Source: Basidiobolus meristosporus CBS 931.73
Taxonomy: Eukaryota > Fungi > Basidiobolomycota
Assembly (NCBI GenBank): GCA_002104905.1
Contig: MCFE01000015.1
Location: 187,257-251,256, forward strand
Direction: 5' to 3'
DNA: 64,000 nt
In this document: in pieces, positions 27,096-39,556 of the stretch
How positions within the stretch are numbered: the stretch's first letter is position 1
Layout: each line of letters starts with the position of its first letter
Notes under the pieces: model-generated
Told to the model about the DNA's origin: nothing
Databases searched by the model: none
Seen by the model: only the letters and a program-made list of their open reading frames with translations
Program-made: the position numbers and the translations under genes

Positions 27096-29873
27096 AGATA
27101 CTTGGTCCGGTTGGCGTATTCACTTTCACTACCACTACCACAAGCTCAGTCGCCTTTCTCTAAACCACCATATCACATCATATCACATCCCCTCCCTCCT
27201 TCCTCTGCTCCTACTCTCATGGATCCTCCAGTCTCTTCATCATAGTCTAAAATACCCGTACATGCATCGGTCATAGGAATTAGGAACTCTTGAAACCTCT
27301 TCACAAAAGAAAAATAGACAGTGTAGAACTACAAAGATTCGGTCAGTCTTGATGTCTCCGTATCGTACAGACTCTTAAAACGGCCTCATTGCCAGGTTGT
27401 CGTATGTGTGTGCATGAGTAAATGTGTGCGTGCGTGCGTATGTGTGTGGGTGTGGGTGTTATATATATATATGTATGGGTGTGGACGTGCGAGTGTAGAC
27501 GTGTATGGGTGGCTGAGCGTTCGTTTACTTGTTCGTGTGTGAGGGTGGTTGACTGATATGAGTACAATACAGTTTGATGGTTTCTTGTGATCATTCCCTA
27601 CTGAGTCTGGCTCTGTTCTACTCCGCTCCTTGTCTGCCTTCTCTTCTTCCTCTTCCTCTTCCTCCTGCTCCTTACTCGCTTGACAGACTCACTCCCTCCT
27701 AGTCCACCCGTGAGAAGTGAGATTGGCAGTGCACCAGCTCCAGTAGAGAAATCACTCAATCTCTCCATCAACCAGAAAATTTGCTTGTAAATCTATCTAC
27801 ATGAAATCACCAAAAACTGTCACGCCAAGGCCATCACTACATCGAATACACAAATAGTCAGTCAGTCAGTCAGTCAGTTAGTAATCAGCTCGTCATTGCT
27901 CCCTCCCTCCCCCACTCACTTGTTCATTCGTCCATTCATTCAATCAATCTGTACTTACCACTCTTCCCGTGCTCCGGGCCTTCCCTTCCTCACCACACTT
28001 TAGTGCTGTTGGTACTCTCCCGGCTGCCCAGATCCCATCATGAACGACTCTTGGCTTGGAAAGTTGTTGTCCATGCTTGCACTCGACATCATGGACATCC
28101 CTCCAACCGCGTTTGGTGGGAGACTCGAGCCACTCATGTCTCCTTGCTGAAACCCGCCTGCTGTCCCACGCTGCCCAAACATCGACTCTTGCCCAAAATT
28201 AGAGTAGCTCATCTCCTGTGCCTACAAAAATAAAATCCATTCATACCAGTGGTTAGTTTTTTCCATTCTCTCTCTCTCCCTCTCTCTCTCATCTCTCTAT
28301 CCAGCCCACTTTACCTGATTGATTGTAGCCATCGGTGCAAACCGTTGTCCTCGACCACCGCGTGCGTACTCCTCTCCACTCTCATATGGATGGGCAGAGT
28401 TGCCCTCCCCATACCCGAGCCCCATGTTGCCGCCGCTCTCCGTCATCCCATAGCTTCCCCCGAGGATCCCTGCTTTCGAATCTCGGCCAAACGGTGACTG
28501 TCCTTGTGCTTCAGGATTCAGTCCGCTGTTCAGTAGAAGCTGTGTCCCTGAGTATTGATCATTCCCCGATGAATACAGGTCTCCGGGGAATCCATGTGAC
28601 TGTTGCTGCTGCTGCTGTTGTTGTTGCTGTTGTTGCTGCTGTTGCTGCTGTCGTAGATTGATATCCGCCAAGGAATGTCTTCGTGGCTGATTGTATGGCA
28701 TTGTGTATGGGTCTGCCAGCGAGTGTCTACGTAGGTACAGGTGTCTGCGCTGTGGTGCTGGGTGATGCGAGCCAGGCGGGGGTGCTACAAAATCAAAAAT
28801 ACCCTTGGTTACTATTCTGTTCGCTTACTCCTTCTCACCCCTACTCTACTCCCTGCTTCTGCCTCTGTTTCTGCTAGGTGCCATTGGTCATGTACTGCAT
28901 GGCAATGTCACCCCTCGTCCTCATCATCCCACCGACCACGAATCGTGTGCTGAAAATACTTACTGTTGTATCCTGTCTGCATTGCCATCGGACCGCTCGT
29001 GTGAGGGCTGGCTTGGCCGGGATCTCCCATGCCTGCCGCACTCTGTCCAAAGTTCATTCCTCCTTGGCTGCTTGCCGATGCTAGTGTCTGGTTCGCCATC
29101 GACCCCAGGTCTTGCGAGTAGAATCGTGGTCGACTGAACTGCGCGTTGTACCCTACATGTCGTGTCAATTGGTTTGTCTCTCGTTAGTCACCGCTCTCAA
29201 ACCACCCCTCCCCCGCCCCACTCTACTCTACTCTACTCTACTCCACTCTCTACGCTACTCTATCCCCCACCCGTCATTGTCACTCTGTATACTGACCTTG
29301 CTGATTGTACTGCGAGTTGGGTGGATATGCTCCATTGAACGCATCCATGTTCACACTGACCGTGCTGCTATAGCTGGCTGTCTGCTCAAAAATAAGTCAT
29401 CATTGTTAGCAAGTCCACTCTCTTTGTTTGTCATGGCTGTCTCTATCACCATCACCATCACCATCACCGTCACCATCACTCTCGCCACACATCTCTCTCA
29501 TAGGTCTACTCACATATTTTCCAATGATCTTCTTCAGTGCATATGGAAGCACCTTCCAGGGGAACACCTTCACGTCTTTCTCAATGTTTCTGGGCTTCGG
29601 GTTGGGGAATGACATGATCAGCTTGAAAAACTCGGCCGATTCCGGCTTGCACTTGGATACTGTCAATGGTCGGAATCCCTCCAGGTTTCTGCGGATCCGG
29701 TTCTTCTCTTCCACCGTGAATCGAACCGCAATCAACGACTCGAGCAAGTAGATACAGTCAACGCTGGTGATGAAATAGTCGTTTTTCTCCTCCCAGTATA
29801 TGCAGGATACCACGATACTGTTCGGGCCTCGCTCCGCGGGTGCCACGGGTTGAAAACCGCAGTGAATAACGTT
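27096..29873. repeat. Near-identical segmental repeat, copy 2
   Basis: Matches 21613-24377; the six-frame ORFs are duplicated almost verbatim. Confidence 0.95.
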
Positions 29874-30307
29874 ATTTTTATGTTGACGCCAAAACTGTAC
29901 AAGTCGTCGCTTTGTATCTCTTTCTTCAGGAGTCCTGTAACAAAGGTGTTAGGCAATTCCCTAATAGGTCTAGTCAACATAACATACCAGTTGAGCACCA
30001 TTTCATCTATATTTCCGGCCAAATTTAAAGAGGCCTTATTGAGGAGAGATGCGTAGGCGTTGTAAGGCACCATCGGTATTGCCCCAACTGGACCTGATGG
30101 CTGGATTTCATAGTTTTCAGTACTAGAATTAGGAAAATAGTACTCCGAGACCTGGGCTTGAGGTTGGGATTGTGGTTGCAAATGCTGTTGACTATCGCCT
30201 AGATTCTGCTCATTGCCTTGACTCTTGGACTCGGCCTCGTTTATAGGAAACGGAGAAGTTACATAAAAGGGGTGCATTTGAGATTGTGAAGAATGAGGAG
30301 AGATCAT
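28000..30307 (-). CDS. medA: MedA/ACON-3-like regulator, copy 2
   Basis: MedA domain and C-terminus essentially identical to copy 1; diverged first exon MISPHSSQSQMHPFY...YNAYASLLNKASLNLAGNIDEMVLNW. Confidence 0.85.
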
Positions 30308-31568
30308 ATAAGGTACTCCTTTAAGAGGCAACAGTGTGTCAGGAAAGCTTGTTAGTACCAGAGAGTTTCAATGAATGTTACAAGATGAATGACTATATTA
30401 GTATGAAGAGATGAAACGGCTAAAAAGAGGAAATGGCAATAGCTTATATACAGATCTTATAGATTTATGTATTCTAGGATCTCAGGAATTCGGTGGGATG
30501 ATCCGATACGCAAGGAGTGGATGCAACTATAAGGATGATTGATTTTGTACTATGAAACAAAGAAAAACCATCAACCAATTTACGAGAAGAACAGAAAATG
30601 GGTACGTAATACGGCAGTTGTTGAAATCAGAGAAGAGAGTCGGTCTGAAGAGCGGAAAGGGTTACACCCAACGTTCCTTTATAGGGAAACATGAGCAATG
30701 ACTAATAATCACCGTCAACGATAATATGGCCAATTATCATCATGAATAATATGGGAAATTGTCTGAGCACATTCGAAGGGCAGCCCACCATTTATCGGGG
30801 AATACTCTGCAGAATTTCTATTCTCTGCCCATTCATCAAGATCCCAAATCTCTACATCGCTCTCGGTTCTTATCTAATTTGTCCGTTGGAGTTCAGAGAA
30901 CGAGCGTTTCAGAAAAGGCACAGTGGACGCAACCCCGACCAAAAATAGCTAAATTGGAATGTGGGGAAATGTTGGAAGCTCGCGAGTGATTCGCTCGAAA
31001 CTCTCTGATTTCTTATCGCATGTTGGCTGCACCATGTACGAGGCATGGGATTTATGTGGCTTTTGCTGATTTATCACCGCAATCGCCACGGCTCTGTGAC
31101 TGTCCGAATGGGAATGAGACTGTTTCCCAAATCAATGATTGCATCGACCAAAGAAATCATGTGTTTATGGCATTTATAGAACTGGTATTGTCAAGACACA
31201 TAATCAAGAGAGTTCAGTGCCATTGTTGTTTGATGACTCAGTTCATCACCAATTGCTGTGCTGATAGAAAACCCTGGGTTAGGTAAGCTGGGTATCTTGC
31301 TTTTATCGTGCTTCTATTCCACCATGAGCTGAGCCGATTTATGCACATACCACTTTCATGGTACTTCAATATTAATAACCCCGTGCTAGCAGTTGAAGGG
31401 GTGTGTCCAACCCCTTTACTTTATATATCTTCTTTCAAACATGGTTATTGGCGTTTTTGCGTTAGAGTATCGAGTTGCGCTAGAGTATCTATCCCCCTTT
31501 GCCTATCTTTACTTCCCTCTTGACAGAGCATAAAGCCATAGACACACAACTGTCCCAAGTTTTCGTTA

Positions 31569-34119
31569 ATGGGCTACTTTGCGAAACTCAAGAGTCGCAT
31601 ATTACCGCCAAAGCGGCCGCATAGATATGAGAGGCTTGTTCACTTTGAGAGGAATTGGGTTTTCTGTAGGGTATGTTGGCCCCTGGTCAAGGACGTGTTT
31701 AGAAATAGGTAGACTAAGGCTTGTAGTTTAATAGGAGCGAATATTAGAGGAGCCTGCCCCTGGTGAAACCCCAGCACTTGATGCTAAGCTAACCGACTCA
31801 CTGAAATTGCTCATCAATCTGCTGGTTCAAGAACAAATTCGCCAGGAAGATGGAATCAATGGGGAATGTATGGAGCATCTTCTCCACAATGACATACTAG
31901 ACTGGTTGGTGAACCTATCGGAGCCAGATATGCCTTTCGGCCTTCGTGGGGAAGTAATTCGAACCATTTCGAGTATGATCAGCACATTGGACGAGCGCTT
32001 TCTAACTCACAACAAGGTTCATGGGCCAACGATCAAACTACTAGACTACTGTATGGCAGATCAGAACCAATTGGAGCTGTACCATGAGGATATGGTAGAT
32101 TTGATGTTTAGCATATGCTCGAAAATCCGACGATGCCCAGAGCTTCTGAACATCTTCTTTTTCGAGAGTGTCTGGGGCATCGAGAATGTCGGACAGAGCG
32201 TTCATCGCTCTGGGAAATCGAAGCATGAGTTCCCCATTTTCGGCTACTTGCTGCGATTTGTGCATAAGGAGGGAAAGACTGGAGATATTGCGAGAACTGC
32301 AATGCTATTTCTTGTTGAAATCACATCGGGTGAACTGCGTGATTATGTTCATGCGGAGAGCGACTTGTGCGCCGTGGTTGCCGCTGGTTTAGGAGCGTTC
32401 TACTCGCTTCTGCCTCGCAAGCTGGTGGTGAAGCTCCAACTTGAAGAGAGTGAAAAAGCTGTGTCCCATTGTACTGAGGTTTTGGAAATTGAAGAAGCCC
32501 CAGATGTGGAGAGCACAGCTTCCCCAGAATTCCAAGACCACCTCTGCTCGTTTGTCAAGTACCTTGAGTTTACACAGGAGCTACTTGAGAGATGCCCTAG
32601 CGTAAGGGTTCGTAACTCCCTGCTGGAGAATATACGGCGGATCTTCTTCGAGAATATCTTGTATCCATCACTGTCCGAGTGCTCCGAAATGGACGGCTCC
32701 GCTGTGGCAGTAATTACCTATGTGAATGTGTTGATCCAGACGGTCTACCAAAGAGAACTTGGTTCGATACTCGTACAGTACTTAATTAACATGAAACCAA
32801 AGCCTACCGAGACCCACCGAGACTTCTGCAAGATTTCACCCAAACCAGATGCCCTGAACACGGTCGAGAGGGCTGATGTCATCAGCATCGACTCAGGAAC
32901 AGGTCTTCTGACATCCATTGAGCATAAATCTCCCTCACCCTACAACATCAAGGAGGTTGTAATTAACAACCTAAAGTCTGACTCCCAGCATATTGTTATC
33001 ACAACGTTGAATCTTTTGCATACGATTCTAGAGCATCACTGCCATCACTCGTTCGAGTTGTTTGAAGTGGAACTGGTCTCCGATCTGGAGAGTCATGATG
33101 TTTCCATCGATGCCACCAACCCAAAAGGGCCAAACCATGAACTCAAAGCTGTAGATCACTTGCGAGTGATGGATCTTTATTTTTCCCTGATCTCCAGAAT
33201 CGACTCTGCCCACGACAAAGAGGGGTTTGTTCAAGTGTATAACAGCTACCTGTTTGATGTTCAAAACCAGCTTGAGGTGCACCAGGAATATCACCAAGAG
33301 TGTGCTTTTCATAAGTTCCAGGGAAAGAAAAGAAGGGAGGATAGCGAGAGCAAAGGATATCCGCTTTTGATTTCGGAGAAGCAACCCAACTTGTATTTCT
33401 CGAGACATCGCCTGGTCAGTACGGATCCTATTTTGCGCATTTTGCTATCTTCGTTATCTCAGTTTTTCGCCCACTCCTGCGAATATAATTTGGCACTGAC
33501 CAGAGTACTGGCGACCCTTGCGACTTGTCCATATCGCTGCATAAGCGGGTGGCTATCGTTCGAGGAACACAACAAATTTTCTGTGGAACCAAGCACCTCG
33601 TCGGTCAACTCCATTCATGCGGTGCTGTCCGCTGAAAATAGCAGTGTAGAAGGCTTGAATGCATTGCGGCGAAACGATCCCGACATAATCTCAGTGTTCC
33701 AGATACTGACCGAGCATGTCTCCTACTACCGCTCCAAAGTCCCCAACTTGGACCAAATGCTTCATGAGCGTAGGGACCACTTTCTTAGCCCCAACAGGGA
33801 GAATGAGGAACAGTCAATCCAGTCCGATCTAACAGTATTCAACCGACCTCCAGAGAACGAGGATGAGTTCTATGAGTCTGATCTTCTCTCGCCAACAAGT
33901 GCTGATGCAGTGCCGATCACCGGCTCGTTTTTACGACACGTCGACACCTACAATTCCACCACTCGTGGTACACAGAATAACGAAATACCTCCAATCCAGG
34001 TTGACAATATTTCCTCACTGGTGGATAATATCATCATCTTGGGCGAAACCATGAAAGAGCTGACATGCATAATTGAAGTACGCAAAAGCCTCGGCGCTGA
34101 TTATGTGAACTATATGTAA
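31569..34119 (+). CDS. FHIP/FAM160 (RAI16-like) FTS-Hook-interacting protein
   Basis: MGYFAKLKSRILPPK... exon 1 with GTATGT donor; then ECMEHLLHNDILDWLVNLSEPDMPFGLRGEVIRTIS, FPIFGYLLRFVHKEGKTGDIART, FENILYPSL, FFAHSCEYNLALTRVL, all typical of the FAM160/RAI16-like family. Confidence 0.85.
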
Positions 34120-35464
34120 ATTTTTAAGTTGTATTTAATTGTTCACGAACCACTGCTCCAGTTGCTCATCAGATGTATAACCTAGCAAGATTGATTTCAA
34201 TATTTTTGTGTTGAATAGATATAATGATATTCGATTGCCTGGACATTGTGCCAGTGGTCTCTAGAGTTAAAGTATCCCCAGATATCCTGCAATATCTGAC
34301 ATAGCATTGTATGCTTGTTGACTCGGTGTGATGTCACTGTCGCTACGATTTCAAAGTAATCTTGATCTTGATGGTTACATTTGGGTTCTTCTGGACGACT
34401 TGGAATATCTTCACCATAACGGCAGGTACCCGGAACATGAAAATTTTCAAACTACATTCCAACAAAAAATTTGAGCAGGAAATAATAAAGCTCACAAAGT
34501 ATTAAAAAGTTGAAACCTCCCCATCCCAATATTTGGAATGGCCGGGAACAAAGTTAAGGATTAGTTGCAAAAATACCACAATATCTGATAGTATCCTGCT
34601 ACACAACCATTCTATGCTTTCAGTGAGGAGCTAACCGCAAAGATTCTGGTGTACTTTAATCTTCTGGTGGTTTTCAGTAAAGTCAAAATTAATCCCAATA
34701 GGTTGCTCCCTGATACACAAATGAGTACAGCCACTAATATAATAGACTACATTGCCAGAACTACGCCGGTTTTGAATCGGTAGAATAGAATACTTTCGGA
34801 GCCAGTCTGCTTGAGTGCTTGCTATTTGGTCTCTGCAATAAAACTCTGATGTGTTGCCCCAATATTCGATGAAATGTTTGTTTGGACTTTAGAAAAGCGG
34901 ATTTGAACCAGCCAGCCAACTCGGAAATATTAAAACATGGGTACTAACTATGCTGTTAGCTTGAACTGACGCCGACGCAGGTTCAACTGAATCCCTAAAC
35001 TAGTCAAGTGACCCCATTGTCAAACAAGACTCGAGCCACTCCCTAACCTCAACCTCTGCGTGGAAAATCTGCATGCAATAAGCATAAAATCACACTCGTG
35101 AAAGATATTTCCCCATTTAGAAGAGGAGAACTCCTGGCAAGTAATCTATATATTGTCGATTAATCGAAATCGGGTAGAAATCTCTGGGTAAAAACGAGAG
35201 GGTAACCTCCACTAGGGAAAAGGCCGGTATTACAGTTGAGCAACGGTGTTTACTGAGTGTATACTACAAATTTATGGAGTGCATGTATGGAACTCCTGCA
35301 GATCATAATTGGACCTCAGTCGAGGCATTGCATAATCAGATATTCCATGGGCTAGATGGTTAGATGTTACACTGACGGCATTGTGGAATTGACTACCTAT
35401 CATAGTCCGACACCATTCGCCAAGTGAAATATCTGATGGTCTCCAGCTCATTTTCTAAACATTT

Positions 35465-35695
35465 TTATCAGATGGGCCGAGTGTGACCAAATGGAGACCA
35501 GATGCTATTGCTCCATTTAGCTGTGATAACCCAGTGAGGTTACATGCCCCACTCTTCAAATGACTCACCAGTTCCTCAGATCAGTAGCATTATCAGATGG
35601 AAGAGAGCAGTGTAGCCCATACATTCACCGTAAATGTTGTGGGGGACTACGGTTGAGAGCAATGGTGAATTCATGACAGGGGTTGTTTATCAGAT
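35465..35695. promoter_or_regulatory. Three exact ATCWGATAA boxes upstream of ZF paralog 1
   Basis: TTATCAGAT at 35465, 35590 and 35687; near-match ATCTGATAG at 35777, 40 bp before the ATG. Confidence 0.7.
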
Positions 35696-35816
35696 TCTCC
35701 TCGAGACCAGTGTAGGGCCAAATGCATATATAGTCCTAGACCGAAGCTTTATCTTTCCATCAAATATTGTTCAAACATCTGATAGACCTTTTCCAGACAA
35801 CCGTTTTACATACACC

Positions 35817-36581
35817 ATGTCCTCTACTGTAGAAGTACAAAGTTCTCATTCTCTTACACCAGCAAATTGTACCGATATGAATGAGCTCTTGGCTGTCCTA
35901 GACCAAGCAAAGATCCCGCGTCCATACAAATGTCCTCTGTGTGAGAAAGCATTCTATAGAATTGAGCACCGTACCAGACACATCCGCATCCATACCGGTG
36001 AAAAGCCATACAAGTGCGAAAGCCCTGGTTGCAAGAAATCTTTCTCCAGATCCGATGAGCTTGTGAGACACCAGAAAACCCACGTGAACCCTAAGAAGAG
36101 GGGGCGTAAAAGCAAGAAGCAACTGGCTTTAGAGGCCGAGCTGGCCTCCAAACAAAACGAGAAACGCAAGGCTGAATGTACTGATGACGATCACAGTGAT
36201 ATCGAGGCACCCAAAAAGAAGTACTGCCCCTCGACGAGTGAAAGCCAAGAGACACCTTCTTCTCCCGCACTTTCTTCTACCTCGTCTACCTCTGAAAGTG
36301 ATGATGAATCAGTCACTACTCCAGAAATGAAGCCAGACCATGGACCTTCCCTGGAACTTTTATGTGAGATCTCTACAAGCTTGGCATCCGGAAATGAAAT
36401 CTCCCTGGAGCAGCCATTGATTGAGGAGGGTTCAGAAACTAATCAACTCCCTAGTTTTTCCCAGCTGATATCAAAAATTCCCAACAGCCGTATTCTTCCA
36501 CCGCCAATGATGTCAAACGTATATTGGACACGCTCACAACCAGTCTCTACCAGTTTCTCCATTTTCCCGGGGTTATTCTAA
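35817..36581 (+). CDS. CreA/Mig1-like two-finger C2H2 transcription factor, paralog 1 (intronless)
   Basis: [55 protein letters not shown]; [13 protein letters not shown]; C-terminal LPSFSQL. ATG at 35817; the longer ORF-track start runs through the promoter boxes. Confidence 0.9.
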   Translation: MSSTVEVQSSHSLTPANCTDMNELLAVLDQAKIPRPYKCPLCEKAFYRIEHRTRHIRIHTGEKPYKCESPGCKKSFSRSDELVRHQKTHVNPKKRGRKSKKQLALEAELASKQNEKRKAECTDDDHSDIEAPKKKYCPSTSESQETPSSPALSSTSSTSESDDESVTTPEMKPDHGPSLELLCEISTSLASGNEISLEQPLIEEGSETNQLPSFSQLISKIPNSRILPPPMMSNVYWTRSQPVSTSFSIFPGLF

Positions 36582-36901
36582 AATTTGTCATCTTTTTATA
36601 AGTATATCCATTTAGGATAATGTAGTTTTGCTGTTGTATATATTGGACCCCTCCCCTCCTCTTGATCTGCTGTATAGATTTCCTTCATTGACTGATTAAA
36701 ATTCGATCTCAATCAAACCCAAGTTACATACAGATCTGTCTAACTTATTGACAACTTGACTAACTCCATGATCAGACCAAGATGGCAATGTCAAGACTTT
36801 ATCAAGGAGTACAACATCCACAAAACGAAAGCAGTTAACAGAATCCGTACGGCAACCATAATACATATCAACAGTTAAACAGGTCTGGATTGCTTGCAAA
36901 G

Positions 36902-37369
36902 ATCTGATAACTTTGACCAAAATTCTGGAAGAATAGGACTTTCTTTGATAACCAATCGGATGTAATGTACCAGCCGATGTATGAAATACAAGTGACAATG
37001 TTGAGGAAAAAATCAGATAAGGAATGTACCAATGAGAAAACTCGGTAAAGCAAGTATGTTATACCACCTTAAACACGTGCATCAGATTATATTTCACTTG
37101 CTGCAGCTAATTCGGAATGCAACAAATATGACTGAGCAACGTTAGAGTGTCATCATTATTCATTTTGATTTGAAATTTATCAGATTTGGTTTCACATGTT
37201 GAACTATACCATTATCAGATTTTTTCGTTCTAGTCAATCCGTAGTCATTACCCCATTTGGTATGTGCTCGGAACTTGACAAACTCATTCCCACAATATTG
37301 ATAATTGAGTGGGGCGAGTCAAACTTATCCCCAGCAATTAAATTAACGAATGGTAGGTATTTATCAGAT
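36902..37369. promoter_or_regulatory. Five exact ATCWGATAA boxes between convergent 3' ends of ZF paralogs 1 and 2
   Basis: ATCTGATAA at 36902, ATCAGATAA at 37012, TTATCAGAT at 37177, 37212 and 37361. Confidence 0.6.
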
Positions 37370-37699
37370 GATCCTTATATATCAAATATAATGTCTAGAA
37401 TCTTTTGAATATTTGTCCAGATTACGCGATCAAGTTTACATGGAATGGTGACATTTGTCTAAAAAAAGACAACATATAATCAGGTCTTCTTTGGGTTCAA
37501 GGTACTTGCGGATGGCTATTAGCTGCAGGGACCAACGACTTTGAACTAAGATTCCTGGTATTATTCTCAACTTGACAGTTGGGAAGATCTTTATTTTCAG
37601 TTGACTAAAACTATTAATGAACGTTTCCTGCTTGTTCATGTGTGCCAAATATTTTACAACAGCATATATACATACAAAACTAGAAGAATCTACTAGTGA

Positions 37700-38356
37700 T
37701 CAAAACCTAAACATCGTTGCTCGGGTAGGTATTTGGCTACTAGTGGGGATTGGTAACACCCGTTCAGCGGAAATCATTCTCATTAGTTCCCCAAAGCTTG
37801 GTAACTGAACTTCAGTCTTCCTCTCAGTCAAAGTAAACTCAGGAACACCGCCAAGATGGGTGGGACTCTGACTCTTCAGAGGAGGTGTGGAAACTGATTC
37901 GTCCTCGCTCTCTGAAGTACACGAAGAGGCTGGGGAGAGTGAGGGGTTCTTCGACTCCTGGAAAACGCAGAGTTTCTTCATAGGTGGGCTATCCTCGGCC
38001 TTGATCGCGGTTGGGTTGTGGTTGACATTTGGTTGTGAAGTCTGGGTCTTTGATTTCAACTCAGCCTCTAAAGCGAGTTGCTTTTTACTTTTTCTTCCTC
38101 TCTTCTTGGGGTTAATATGAGTTTTCTGGTGTCTTATTAACTCGTCGGATCTTGAGAAGGACTTGGTGCAGCTGGCGAAATCGCACTTATACGGCTTTTC
38201 GCCCGTGTGAATTCGAATGTGTCTTGTTCTATGTTCGATACGGTAGAAGGCCTTGTTGCAAACGGGGCACTCGTACGGACGCGGGATGGTGGTGTTGTCT
38301 AAATTAGCCAATATATCTTTGATATCGGTTTCTCTGGTTTGTAGATCACAGGTCAT
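37700..38356 (-). CDS. CreA/Mig1-like C2H2 transcription factor, paralog 2 (intronless)
   Basis: [75 protein letters not shown]; LPSFGEL. Confidence 0.9.
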   Translation of the reverse strand: MTCDLQTRETDIKDILANLDNTTIPRPYECPVCNKAFYRIEHRTRHIRIHTGEKPYKCDFASCTKSFSRSDELIRHQKTHINPKKRGRKSKKQLALEAELKSKTQTSQPNVNHNPTAIKAEDSPPMKKLCVFQESKNPSLSPASSCTSESEDESVSTPPLKSQSPTHLGGVPEFTLTERKTEVQLPSFGELMRMISAERVLPIPTSSQIPTRATMFRF

Positions 38357-38879
38357 TTTACAAATAGTCGAACTGTGCAGAGCAGTATAGCTTATTGGAA
38401 TTGATAACTTTTGTTAGTGCTTCATGAACGTTTTTCGTTGACTTATATAATGTTCCAGCCAGTCTATGGTCTTTTTTCTGGAGTACTCGGGTCGAGGGCC
38501 CATCCAAAAGGGGAAACTCGACCGCTTTTGACGAATTGATTCCGGATTCCCTTAAAATATCAATGAAAATTTCAATCTCTCGCATTAATTGGACAGCTCC
38601 AATGATGGCACATAGGGCTTCAAGAAATACTAATATTCTGGCTTCAAGTAGTCGTATCAGAAATTATGCGGGGAATCTGGCATTTGGTTTGCCACTACGG
38701 AATCCGCAATTGGAAATCTAGCTCCGTTCATACCAAAAGAACATTCTACGGATCAGATATTCATTCGTAAGAAGCATGGGTATTGGGTGGAGAGTAAAAC
38801 TATATGGGGAAACTGCGTGGTGTGTAGTTTCAAATTTGAATGAGTTTCCGATTCAAATGCATGGATCATTAAATCGTAA

Positions 38880-39464
38880 TTATCAGATAAACTTGTCTAG
38901 ATGCTGATGGATTATGGAATTTTCAATCACATCATAGCTGAATATTTACTTATTGGTTGTGTTTATCAGATTCTCCCATTTTGTAAAAAGATTCTCGGAT
39001 CTGATTACTCATGGCTACAGTGGTTTGATATTGAGTATGTTAAATAGCTCTACTCAGTTCTTGAGGATTTATCAGATGTTGATATGGGGGGGGTGCCTTT
39101 CCAAGTCCGATATTTCCATAATTGGTGAGATATTGATTTCTCCCTAACTTACCCGGTAGTGATTCCTGGTATAGATACCAAGATCGTATTGATTTCAACC
39201 CATAATACCTGCTTGACAGGGTTAGTGTCCGCGCTCTAAGCAACGTGGAGTTGTGTTCAATTGAAGGAGAAATTTCTCAGAAAATGAAGACGGAGTAAAG
39301 TGAACCCTTGTTAATTACTCCGTTTTACTACAAATATCCGGCATTGGCCTATTTGGAAATACTTCAATACATCTGATAACTTTTAGTAAGACTTCAATGT
39401 TTTATACAGAGAATCTGATAACTCATCCATAATGTTTATTGGATAGATGAACAGCATCTGATAA
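38880..39464. promoter_or_regulatory. Bidirectional promoter of ZF paralogs 2 and 3 with ATCWGATAA boxes
   Basis: TTATCAGATAA (both strands) at 38880-38890; TTATCAGAT at 38963 and 39069; ATCTGATAA at 39371, 39413 and 39456. Confidence 0.7.
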
Positions 39465-39556
39465 TGGGGCAGACTGATATTTAAATAGAATTTGCATAAT
39501 ACGCCGAGTATACGCTGCAATTCCTAGATTCCAACATCCTTTCCTTGCTTCAGAAA

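Noticed and set aside
35634-35816. N-terminal extension of ZF paralog 1
   Set aside because: Starts at a non-ATG codon, runs through the GATA-box promoter and has no counterpart in the paralogs.
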